A stretch of 55,559 bases of DNA from Chloroflexota bacterium (GTDB lineage Bacteria; Chloroflexota; Anaerolineae; J102): NCBI GenBank assembly GCA_013152585.1, contig JAADGC010000197.1:1-55559 (forward strand), given 5' to 3'. Under the pieces are notes generated by a model. That model did not search any database. It worked only from the letters and a program-made list of their open reading frames with translations, and was not told where the DNA came from. The position numbers and the translations under genes were made by a program. This document shows positions 46,989 to 55,559 of the stretch, one piece after another (the first letter of the stretch is position 1; each line of letters begins with the position of its first letter).

Positions 46989-49900
46989 TCAGGACAGGTG
47001 CCGGCGACGCCGTCGCGCCCAACCAGCCAAACCGGCCAGACCGCTGCCCAACAGGAACAGGGTGGCGGGCTCGGGGATCTCGTTGGGTGGTGGCGAACCG
47101 TCTACCTCGACCTGCACGATGTTCGACTCACGAGGATTGCCCTCGTTGAAGCTGACCACGGCGCTGTTGGTAAAGGTCAGCGGCACCAGATCGTGCTCCA
47201 GCCATTTGACGCGAGCCTTGATGGTGATGGTGGCTGCGGCGCCAGGATCGACCATGCCCAGATCCACGGTCACGGTGTGGGTGGTGGCATCGTAGCTGGC
47301 CGAGCCCTGACTGGTTGTCACCCGGATTTCTTCGAGATAGGTGCTGAGCTGGTCGGTGACAATCACCCCCGATGCCGGCGCATTGCCGTCATTGGTCACG
47401 CTCAGGGTATATTCCAGTTCCTCGGTAGCAATCACCTTGCTCTTATCCACGGCTTTGAAGATGCCGGGGTTGACGATGGAGCTGAGGGTGAGCTCGTGCT
47501 GGGCAGTCGCCGAATCGGCGTTGCTGGCGCTGATGGTGGCGGTGTTCAGCAGGGTGAGGTCTGCCCACACGCGGTAGGGGATCACGTCGCCGCTGCTGGC
47601 GCTGAGGGCTGTAATCGTACGTGTCACTTTGACATCGAAGCTAAAGCAGCCGTTGGCGCCCGGCGTCAGGCTGCCCAGGCTCCAGCTCAGGCGATGATTG
47701 GCGGCGTCTAAGATGCCGCCACCGGTGACCGTGCCATCCACATAATCGACATTCGTAGGCAGGTCGTCCACCATGCCGGTATCGAGTGCGGTCTCACCAC
47801 CGGCATTTTGGTAGCAGAGTTGGTAGGTATACACATCGCCCAGGACGACCGGTCCCGCCGTGTTGGCGGTCTTGATCAGTTCCAGCACCGGGATGCCAAT
47901 GACATCGGTCGCGGTGGTGCCTGTGGCGGTGAAACCTTCTTTGCCGGTGATGGTGGCTGCGTTGCTGATGGTGGCACCCGTGGGCAAAGATTTATCGATC
48001 TTTACAACCATGGAGACACTGCCCGAGGCTGGTGGCAGCAGGGTGCCCAGGTTCCAGCTCACGACGCCGCCGCTTTCTACGCCGCCATCGCTGGCGCTGA
48101 CAAAGCTGGTATGGGCAGGCAGAACGTCCTCAATCACGACCTCGGTTGCCGGCGCGTTGCCGGTGACTTCGTAGTTGAGGGTGTAAACCAGTTCATTGCC
48201 GGCTGTCACGGGATTGGGATCGCCGCTCTTGCTGAGGGTGAAGGCGTAGGCACTGTGCACGCGGGTGTCTTCCACATCGGTGACGGTGACGCCGTCATCG
48301 TCCGTGATGGCGATGCCGTTGCGCAGATAGGTGCCGTTGACCAGGGGCGTATCCACCCGCACGGTGACTTGCACGGTGTTGGTGTCACCCGGATTCAGTG
48401 TCCCCAGCATCCACGTGACCACCCCGCCGCTTTCGCTGCCGCCGTTTGTGGCCGCAACAAAGGTCGTATGCGCTGGCAGGGTGTCTTTGAGCACGACATT
48501 GGGGGCAGGTTCACGGCCGGAGACCGAATAAGTGATGGAGTAAACCAGCAGGTCGCCTGCTTCCACCGGATCGGGATTGTCGCCTTTGCGCAGGCTGAGG
48601 ATGTGACCATCGGCAAAACTGAAGTCGGCAGTGAGCACATCGCTGCCGCCGGCAATGGTGGCCATGTAGGGGCTGGATTGGCCGTTGTTGTTGGTGTCGG
48701 GCACGCCGAAGCTTTGCACGTAATCGCTGAGAATACCGTGGGCATCGGTGATGATGACGCAGTAAACGCCATCGCTCAGGCCCGAGAAGAGATAACGGCC
48801 CAAGCCGTCGGTGGTGGTGGTGGCAGCGTAGATATCATCGCCGCCGCCGCACACACTGTCCGCGCCCGCCTGGAAGAGGTCGAGCGTGACGTTGGCAATG
48901 CCGCCTTCGCCATTGGCCGGATCGTAGACGCCGTTGCGGTTGGCATCGAAGAACACGAAGTCGCCGATGCTGCCAAAGGTGCCGTCGGTGGGGCCATAGC
49001 CAAAGTCGGCCAGGTCATACACATCGCCGGCATTGACCACGATGGGACCATGCGGATTATCGCCGCCGGTGAGGCTGAGGTCGGGCGGTAAAGTGCTCTC
49101 GACCACCATCACGCAGTAGGAGCCAGGTGCCACCGGGAATTGGTAGAGACCGGCTGCATTGGTGGTGACGGTGGGCCCGAGCACGTCATCGGCAGTGCCA
49201 CAGAGGCCATCGACGCCGGTCTGGTGCAGCATGACATCGACCCCGCTAATGCCGGATTCACCCTCATCCTGCACGCCGTCTTTATCCACATCCAACCACA
49301 CACGGTCGCCGATCAGCGCCGTACCGGCTGTGGTCACGAAGCCGAAGTCGGCGTTACGATAATCCTGACCTTCGGTCACGGTGATGGGGCCGGCGGGATT
49401 GGAGAAGCTGCCGCCCAGATCGTATCCGGCCGGGATAGCCGCCGTATCGATGGAGACGCAGTACGTGCCAGGGGTGAGATTGGCGAAGAGATACTGGCCT
49501 TCGCCGTTGGTGACAATGCTTTGCAGCACGATGTCATCTGCGGTACCACAGACGCCATCGGCGCCCGGATCGCTGAGGGTGACCGGCACGCCGGCAAAGC
49601 CCGGTTCACCGGGATCGCGCACGCCATTGTTATTGATATCAGCGAACACATCGTCGCCAATGGAGGCCGGTGGCGGTGTGGGCTTGACGGGCACGGTGAC
49701 CGAAGCCTCGGCTGCCGCCGTCTCAGGGTCGTCGTCGCTGACCACCGCCGTATTATCGATATCGATGCCATTGGGCAGGGTTTTGTTCACCCGCACCACA
49801 AAGCTGATAGAACCGCTGGCAGGCGGATCGATGTTGCCCAGGTCCCAGACCACGGCAGGCGGCACAAAAGTTCCGCCACCTGTGGCGCTAACAAATTGGG

Positions 49901-52265
49901 TGCCAAAGGGGATGACGTCCCGCAAGACCACATTGGGCGCCGGCTCATTGCCGGTGACGCTGTAGTCGAGCGTGTAAGTAATCAACCCGTCTTTTTCGAC
50001 TTCGACGGCGGGGGTAGCGGTTTTGCTGAGATGCAGCTCGTGATCAGAGCGCACGGTCGAGGCCACGATGCCGGTATCGGCCGGGGGCGTCTCGGGATCG
50101 CCATCGGCCAGGGTGGCTGTATTTTCGAGGATCAGCCCATTGATGAGGGGTGTGTCTACCAACACGACCAGGGTAATATCCCCGCTGGCGCTGGTGGTGC
50201 CACTGGCCCGGGGGAGCAGATCGCCCAGATCCCAGGTGACCACCCCGCCGGCTTCGCTGCCGCCATGGCTGGCGCTGACAAAGCTTGTGTGTGCTGGCAC
50301 CGTATCGGTGAGCGCCACCATGCCGGTGGGCGAATTGCCCTGGGCGGCGTAGCTGAGGGTGTAGGTGAGCAGTGTGCCCGCATCCACCGGTTCGGGATCA
50401 GCCACTTTGCTGATGCTCAGAGTGTGGCTGGAGGTGATAGTAACGGCGGCATCGGCCGTTGTCGTCACATTGAACACGCCGCCTTCTGTCAGGGTGGCCG
50501 TGTTGGGGAGTGAGAGGCCATTCTCCAGCGGGGTCAATGTTTGCACGATCATGGTCACCGAGCCGCTGGCGCCGGGATTCTGATCGCCCAGGCTCCAGGT
50601 GACCACCCCACCCGCTTCTGTACCACCATCGCTGGCGCTGACAAAGCTGGTATCGGTGGGCACGGGATCGCTGAGTTGTAAATTCACGGCCGGGGCGCTG
50701 CCGCCCACGCTCCAATCAAAGGTGTAAGTCACCTGATCGCCCGCGGGCACGGGATCGGGGCCGGCGGTCTTGGCAAGCGTGAGTTCGGGTGCCGCCGTGA
50801 CGGTGGTGGTATCGGTGGCGTTGTTGTTCGCAGGATCGTCACCGGGGGTGCTGGTGCTGATAGCAGCATTGTTTTCCAGCGTGTACACACCACTGGCCGG
50901 GAAGAGCGCATCCACCTGCACGGTCACATCTACCGAAGCACTGGCGCCGGGAGGCAACGTGCCCAAATTCCAGGTGATCACTCCACCCGCTTCGGTGCCC
51001 CCACCACTGGCGCTGACGAAGCTCACCCAATCGGGCAGGGTGTCCTGCAGCACCACGTTTTCACCATCGCCGTCGCCGATATTGGCGTAGTCGAGGGTGT
51101 AAGTGAGGGTGGCGCCGGCATCTGCTTCGGCCAGACCATCGCTTTTGTCCACCGTCAGGTCGGGCGAGGGAATATCGATAATGAAGGGAGAAGCCGCACC
51201 TACCCACATGAAGGATTCACCGCCCAGGAAGGGGGGCGAGATGGTGGGATCGGTAGGTGTCTCCGATTCGAGCTGATAAGCTGAGTGGGTGGCGCCGGCA
51301 GGGACGGTAACTTCCAGCATAGCTGAACCGTAGTCACCAGTGCCTTCGCTGTATCCGCCCGAGACGTTGGTCGCCGGTGGCCGAATATCAGCCGTACAGG
51401 GCGGAGTGGGATTCCAGATGTCATCGGCGATGACGTCGCCGCCATTGACACCCGTACTTGCGGGCCAGGTATGATTCAGGAGTACATTGGGCGGAGCGCC
51501 CACACCTTGCTCGTACCAGAAGCGCACGCCACGGCACACACCCCGGTCAACCTGGGTGTGATCGATACCGGCGATCGAGCTCCACACGCGGGCGGTGCGG
51601 TCCAAGTTGGCCGGTTCGAATTGCACGGCGATGACATCGGTGGCAAATTCAACCTGATGATAGAACGCCCAGTCCATATTATCGAACACATACAGGGCAT
51701 TGGCGCGGGTGCAGGGGGTGGTATCGTACACCACAACGAGGCTGGCGCCGTTGCGGCGGGTGCCCCGGCCTTCAGGGGTAGACGAGAAGAGGGGGCCCCA
51801 ACCAGAAATATTGAAGGTGTTCCCGCCCTGATTCACCAGATTGACGCCGTTGGGCCCCACATCGGCAAAGTAGTTGTACCAGATGGGGTTGTCGGTGGCG
51901 GGTCGCCGCTGGTCTCGGGACACCCCCAGCACGGACGTGCCATTAACCACCAGATCCGACATCGTGGGATCGGTAACAACATTTTTGGTTTCATCGGCGG
52001 TGCCTGTCCATACCAGCCAGGCATCTAACACCGGTCCTGGCACATCCACCGAGATGGTGCCATCTCCGTTCAGGAACATGCCTGTGCTGCCCACAGTGAC
52101 ATCCACACAACCTTGGAGCGGGCCATAACCGGCCATAAAGGTATGAGGGGCGCCTTCCGCCAGGCTAACAGAAGTGAATCCTGATCCCAATACGAGGGAA
52201 AAGATGATCAGGACTACCACCAGGGGCAAAATACGAATAAGTCCAGCAGGTCTTTTGGGAAGCAT
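46989..52265 (-). CDS. Large surface protein: DUF11 (conserved repeat) domains, three SdrD B-like domains, PEP-CTERM sorting signal
   Basis: Signal peptide from ATG 52265 (GGAGGAGG RBS); about 8 L...K.....V..G..LTYT...D.LP....FVSA..GG repeats; three IGD.V..D...(N/D)GV.D..E modules; C-terminus IPEPATLFLLGSGLAGLAGWARRRRR. Confidence 0.9.
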   Translation of the reverse strand: MLPKRPAGLIRILPLVVVLIIFSLVLGSGFTSVSLAEGAPHTFMAGYGPLQGCVDVTVGSTGMFLNGDGTISVDVPGPVLDAWLVWTGTADETKNVVTDPTMSDLVVNGTSVLGVSRDQRRPATDNPIWYNYFADVGPNGVNLVNQGGNTFNISGWGPLFSSTPEGRGTRRNGASLVVVYDTTPCTRANALYVFDNMDWAFYHQVEFATDVIAVQFEPANLDRTARVWSSIAGIDHTQVDRGVCRGVRFWYEQGVGAPPNVLLNHTWPASTGVNGGDVIADDIWNPTPPCTADIRPPATNVSGGYSEGTGDYGSAMLEVTVPAGATHSAYQLESETPTDPTISPPFLGGESFMWVGAASPFIIDIPSPDLTVDKSDGLAEADAGATLTYTLDYANIGDGDGENVVLQDTLPDWVSFVSASGGGTEAGGVITWNLGTLPPGASASVDVTVQVDALFPASGVYTLENNAAISTSTPGDDPANNNATDTTTVTAAPELTLAKTAGPDPVPAGDQVTYTFDWSVGGSAPAVNLQLSDPVPTDTSFVSASDGGTEAGGVVTWSLGDQNPGASGSVTMIVQTLTPLENGLSLPNTATLTEGGVFNVTTTADAAVTITSSHTLSISKVADPEPVDAGTLLTYTLSYAAQGNSPTGMVALTDTVPAHTSFVSASHGGSEAGGVVTWDLGDLLPRASGTTSASGDITLVVLVDTPLINGLILENTATLADGDPETPPADTGIVASTVRSDHELHLSKTATPAVEVEKDGLITYTLDYSVTGNEPAPNVVLRDVIPFGTQFVSATGGGTFVPPAVVWDLGNIDPPASGSISFVVRVNKTLPNGIDIDNTAVVSDDDPETAAAEASVTVPVKPTPPPASIGDDVFADINNNGVRDPGEPGFAGVPVTLSDPGADGVCGTADDIVLQSIVTNGEGQYLFANLTPGTYCVSIDTAAIPAGYDLGGSFSNPAGPITVTEGQDYRNADFGFVTTAGTALIGDRVWLDVDKDGVQDEGESGISGVDVMLHQTGVDGLCGTADDVLGPTVTTNAAGLYQFPVAPGSYCVMVVESTLPPDLSLTGGDNPHGPIVVNAGDVYDLADFGYGPTDGTFGSIGDFVFFDANRNGVYDPANGEGGIANVTLDLFQAGADSVCGGGDDIYAATTTTDGLGRYLFSGLSDGVYCVIITDAHGILSDYVQSFGVPDTNNNGQSSPYMATIAGGSDVLTADFSFADGHILSLRKGDNPDPVEAGDLLVYSITYSVSGREPAPNVVLKDTLPAHTTFVAATNGGSESGGVVTWMLGTLNPGDTNTVQVTVRVDTPLVNGTYLRNGIAITDDDGVTVTDVEDTRVHSAYAFTLSKSGDPNPVTAGNELVYTLNYEVTGNAPATEVVIEDVLPAHTSFVSASDGGVESGGVVSWNLGTLLPPASGSVSMVVKIDKSLPTGATISNAATITGKEGFTATGTTATDVIGIPVLELIKTANTAGPVVLGDVYTYQLCYQNAGGETALDTGMVDDLPTNVDYVDGTVTGGGILDAANHRLSWSLGSLTPGANGCFSFDVKVTRTITALSASSGDVIPYRVWADLTLLNTATISASNADSATAQHELTLSSIVNPGIFKAVDKSKVIATEELEYTLSVTNDGNAPASGVIVTDQLSTYLEEIRVTTSQGSASYDATTHTVTVDLGMVDPGAAATITIKARVKWLEHDLVPLTFTNSAVVSFNEGNPRESNIVQVEVDGSPPPNEIPEPATLFLLGSGLAGLAGWARRRRRHLS

Positions 52266-52424
52266 TGTCCTCCTCCGAGCATTCAAAGAGCGAGCATGGA
52301 AAGCTGAACACAGCAAGGTTCGGCTATCGATACCATATAAAATTTCTACAACTCTTGGCGCCAAACACCAGGGAGATAAGCCTATTATAAGGGACATCTG
52401 CTACGCTGTCAATTCACATTTTTA

Positions 52425-52690
52425 GTAGGGGATGCGTTTCAGGAATTTGGCAGTAATCTCGCCCCACCCACCCGCACCTTACCCGGCTGATATTGATCGT
52501 AGGCGTCATGTCATCCCACGCCCGCCCGGCGATGAATCACCACCCCTTATTCCCGGACGCGCTGAGCGCTCACGGCTGCCCGACCGTGAGCGCTCATCAA
52601 AAGGAGGAGAAGAAGAGATTGCCATCTCTTGAATAGAGAATAACAGATTCGGTGGCAAACTACTGGACGCCAAGCCTACGCTTACCCTAC
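52425..52690. repeat. REP/MITE-like palindromic intergenic element
   Basis: Bounded by GTAGGG...CCCTAC; start GATGCGTTTCAGGAATT resembles 25529 GGTGCGTCTCAGGAATT; internal TGAGCGCTCACGG-N9-CCGTGAGCGCTCA palindrome. Confidence 0.5.
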
Positions 52691-52733
52691 GCTGCCACAC
52701 ACGCAGAAAAATGGACCAGGACTGCCCCAAACC

Positions 52734-53414
52734 CTAGCCTTGAGACGGACGATCTTCTTCCGCCAGGACTCGGGCCTCCTTGAGGCTGGAAACGATGTAA
52801 ATAATAAACAATATCGCGGCGAAGGTCAGGGTCACAACGTCGTAGACACGCACTTTGCCAAGTGCCGTCTGCATGGCGGGATTCCCCCAAAAGTACACGT
52901 AGACATTGGCCAGAACCACAATCGCCCGCGCTTCGGTGGGGCCCAGCTTGCCGTAAGATATCTGAAACACGCCCTGGATGTAGGTGCGCACATACACCAG
53001 CACCGACAGCAGCAGGTAGCCCACAAGTGCCAGCGCCGCGTATTCAAAGCGGACATACGGCGAGAGCGCCAACCCTAACACAATCAAGACGATGTTGAAG
53101 GCATCGACAGTGTGATCCACAAAAAAGCCATAACGCGGGCGCTCAATGTGGCGATAGCGGGCCAGCGTGCCATCGAGACTGTCACCGAACCAGTTGATCA
53201 GCAAACCCAAATTGACGCCCCACAAAAAGATGTCAGAAGAACGCGTCAAATTATAGCTGATAAAAACGAGCAGCGCCCCCACCACGCCGATGCCCGTGAG
53301 CACGTCGGGATTGACCCAGGCGGGCATGTGGGCGGCTAACCACCGCAAAGCCGGACGCTCCAAAGGCCCTAACAGAATATCATTGATGCGGGCGTGTTTT
53401 TTGCTGGTAGCCAT
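52734..53414 (-). CDS. CDP-alcohol phosphatidyltransferase family protein
   Basis: Signature DSLDGTLAR.......YGFFVDHTVD; NPDVLT; start at ATG 53414. Confidence 0.92.
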   Translation of the reverse strand: MATSKKHARINDILLGPLERPALRWLAAHMPAWVNPDVLTGIGVVGALLVFISYNLTRSSDIFLWGVNLGLLINWFGDSLDGTLARYRHIERPRYGFFVDHTVDAFNIVLIVLGLALSPYVRFEYAALALVGYLLLSVLVYVRTYIQGVFQISYGKLGPTEARAIVVLANVYVYFWGNPAMQTALGKVRVYDVVTLTFAAILFIIYIVSSLKEARVLAEEDRPSQG

Positions 53415-53476
53415 AAAATTTTCCTCAAAACGCGTGTGTGAATGATTCAATCGTTTGCTGGAACGGGTTGTTCCGT

Positions 53477-53608
53477 ACTGGACCCTGGCGTTTTTCGATC
53501 TTGCCACGAATTGCCCGAAAAAAGAAGTGAAAAGCCTTTCACAATTCGTGCAATTCGGGGCCGAAAATGCGTCTATCGGTGACGGATTTCGTTTTCGCCA
53601 GACTCCAG
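53477..53608 (-). mobile_element. MITE-like element, family A, copy 3 (inverted)
   Basis: Reverse complement starts CTGGAGTCTGGCGAAAA and ends GAAAAACGCCAGGGTCCAG; flanked by TTCCGT direct repeats (53471-53476, 53609-53614); internal CACGAATTG..CAATTCGTG palindrome. Confidence 0.7.
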
Positions 53609-53710
53609 TTCCGTGAATAGAGATTGCCGAGAGTTATTAACGCCAGTTTTCGACCAATCCGCAATCCGAATTCCGAAATCTCCCTTCGTTATGCGGTGTG
53701 CCGGGGCTCA

Positions 53711-54592
53711 TCATGTCTGTTCCCAAACGGGATGGAACATGTACCATTGTTCGGGGTACTGTCGGATATGATTCTCCAAAGTACTGAGGATGCGACTGGC
53801 ATAGGTGATCATCGTCTGTTTGCGATCACCGCTGGGCTCGATTTCGATCGGGACCTCGAAGTCGAGCAGATAGATGTGCGGTCGCGTGGGATGCTTGCGG
53901 CAATGCGCCACAGCCAGATAGGCGTTGGCTTGCTGGGCCAGACGCACATGTCCCACCGGCAGGCGGGCGGGCTGGCCAAAGAAGGATAGCAGCTCCCCCG
54001 AACCCGGCGGCGGGGGACGATCGACAGCCGTGGCGACGATGCCGCCCTGCCGCAGCGTCTGCACAGCTTTTTTCAAGGCCGGTAGACTAAGGGGTGTGAC
54101 ATCAAAACCGAGCAACATGCGAATATCATTTTGTGCCCGATAGTCCTGGCGAGGATTGGGCCAGGAAAGAATCTGTGTGGGAATCCCCAATAAACTATAG
54201 GCCAGCCCCCCCAGATCGAAATTTCCGTAATGCCCGGTGACAACCATCACGCCGCGCCCTTTGCCAAAATACGTATCGATGACAGTGCGTGCCCGATCGG
54301 TGAATTCAACCGATGCCCGAATCGCCTCTGGCCCCAAAGCCACTGCTCGATAGAGATCGTAGTAAGCCCTGGCGCTGTTGCGGAAGGCGAGTCGTGTGGC
54401 GTGAGACAGTTGGCTGTCAGGCACGTCAGCACCGAACACCACCCGCAAATTCTGCCGCAGTGCCGTCACTTCGTGAGCATTGGTGTGCGCGCTCAAAGCC
54501 CGAGCCGCCCAATCGGCCACGAAATAGCCTGCTTTGGGAGACAATATGCGCCCGAGCCAGATTCCGAGACGAATAGTTTTGGCACTAGCCAT
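53711..54592 (-). CDS. Lysophospholipid acyltransferase (LPLAT; lipid A lauroyl / PatA-like family)
   Basis: GHYGNFD (HxxxxD) motif, L..GG......DR, FFG.PA..P.G, YPEQWYMFHPVW. Confidence 0.88.
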   Translation of the reverse strand: MASAKTIRLGIWLGRILSPKAGYFVADWAARALSAHTNAHEVTALRQNLRVVFGADVPDSQLSHATRLAFRNSARAYYDLYRAVALGPEAIRASVEFTDRARTVIDTYFGKGRGVMVVTGHYGNFDLGGLAYSLLGIPTQILSWPNPRQDYRAQNDIRMLLGFDVTPLSLPALKKAVQTLRQGGIVATAVDRPPPPGSGELLSFFGQPARLPVGHVRLAQQANAYLAVAHCRKHPTRPHIYLLDFEVPIEIEPSGDRKQTMITYASRILSTLENHIRQYPEQWYMFHPVWEQT

Positions 54593-54698
54593 GGCAATAA
54601 CAGAAAGCGGTGGTGAAGTTGAACACGATAATCGCCGTCACGGCAACTATCGTCCGATCATACTTGAATTTGCAGCGGAAGGGAAACTTTCGCCTCCA

Positions 54699-55175
54699 TC
54701 ACACCCAGGCGTTCATCACCTGACGCAGAATACAGAACTCGCCCAAGTGATAGGCGTTGTGATCTGCTGCAAGTAGCATCTCGCGCAAAAGTGTGTACTC
54801 GGCAGCATGAGGCAGATCGGCGTAGAGGTCCGTCGCCGAATCATGCAGCATGGCACTCAAGAGCTGCGTGTCGGCCATGATCTGCTGCACGGTCTGCTGC
54901 CAGCGCTCGGGAGTCGCTGTGGCGTCGGGATGCGGCCAGTAGCCCTCGGGCCACGACAATGCCTGGTATTGCGGATTACGACAGAAGTCGATGATGTCCC
55001 ACTGCGCAATGCGGATATGTTCCAGCAGATGCCAGAACGTGTAGGGAACCTGGGGCGGGTGGCTGTTCATCAGCGCCTCTGGAAAATCGGCCACTGCCTG
55101 TTCCAGGCTCATATGCGCCCCGCCGCCCTGTAAAAGGAACAATAACTGTTGGCGAACAATGTCATCAGATGCCAT
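54699..55175 (-). CDS. DinB/YfiT-family protein
   Basis: GAH, W.LLEHIRIAQ.DI, DHNAYHLG His-triad pattern; AAGGAG RBS. Confidence 0.85.
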   Translation of the reverse strand: MASDDIVRQQLLFLLQGGGAHMSLEQAVADFPEALMNSHPPQVPYTFWHLLEHIRIAQWDIIDFCRNPQYQALSWPEGYWPHPDATATPERWQQTVQQIMADTQLLSAMLHDSATDLYADLPHAAEYTLLREMLLAADHNAYHLGEFCILRQVMNAWV

Positions 55176-55559
55176 CGGTTGTCTCCTTACTAAAAAGTTG
55201 GTAACGACTCTATCACTGTATCACAAATGGCGCCGAAAACCTATCCCCTTGGGTGTATCGGGAGTGCGTCATCTTTTTGGGGGTTCAACCGCATCTCAGG
55301 AGGTCTCACGGTGGCCTCCGGGGAGGTGGGCACCGCTATTTCGGTGCCGGCAGTCCTTCTGACCCCTGATGATGGTCAAAAGTGGGAACTCATTTCGGGA
55401 TGATTCTTTAGCCTAAACTGTACCCGGATGGCAAAAGCTTATCCAAAATCTTGATGCGCACCCTCACGATCATTTCTCGCAACTGGCGCAGGGGCATGAT
55501 ATAATGGGGGCTCTGTCATAGATGTTTAGTGTGGCAGAGCTCCTTCTTTCATTCATCCA

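Noticed and set aside
47808-50513. Long antisense ORFs (47808-49091, 49140-50513; also 32475-33620, 36343-37401, 41054-42079 and others)
   Set aside because: Shadow ORFs opposite well-supported genes in high-GC DNA, with no recognisable motifs.
52345-52365. Possible sigma54 promoter (TGGCGC...TTGT, minus strand) upstream of the PEP-CTERM gene
   Set aside because: The spacing is 11 rather than 10 and the -12 dinucleotide is GT, not GC.
54699-55175. DinB as DNA polymerase IV
   Set aside because: It is a 158-aa helical His-triad DinB/YfiT-type protein, not a Y-family polymerase.

Overview
GC-rich bacterial chromosomal segment with about 45 CDSs. It is probably from Chloroflexota (Anaerolineae/Caldilineae-like); this is inferred from F420 genes, Pro/Thr-stalked surface proteins, a C-terminal YLP(x)V(x)R-type motif and leaderless-type promoters. 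Contents in order: a coenzyme F420 biosynthesis operon (nitroreductase/FbiB-C-like, cofD, an inserted sulfotransferase, cofC, amidohydrolase); an amino-acid dehydrogenase fused to CBS domains; nth; an operon with a degenerate PrsW-like protein, a membrane protein and a secreted trypsin-like protease; a cobalamin-riboswitch-controlled operon with an alpha/alpha-barrel protein, two Cys-rich DUF4430-like proteins (one with PEP-CTERM) and an ECF transporter (T, A-A, S); an orphan atypical response regulator; a large beta-propeller surface protein; ltaE; a C-N hydrolase lacking its catalytic Cys; rplS; PIG-L deacetylase; MoxR-DUF58-GNAT; MoeA-PBP; cupin; acyl-CoA dehydrogenase-etfBA; a stand-alone RsbU-N-like domain; Mrp/ApbC; FAD oxidoreductase; a CxxC protein; an MBL hydrolase; a stand-alone nuoB-nuoCD-nuoI operon; ftsK; thioesterase; a 1758-aa DUF11/SdrD-B PEP-CTERM protein; a CDP-alcohol phosphatidyltransferase and acyltransferase pair; and a DinB-family protein. 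Intergenic spaces carry several families of short palindromic MITE/REP-like elements. The best candidate for an undescribed system is the B12 operon, which looks like a split, multi-anchored transcobalamin-like capture relay feeding an ECF transporter. No rRNA, tRNA, CRISPR array or autonomous transposase was seen. All product calls come from motif recognition by eye, not from database searches.
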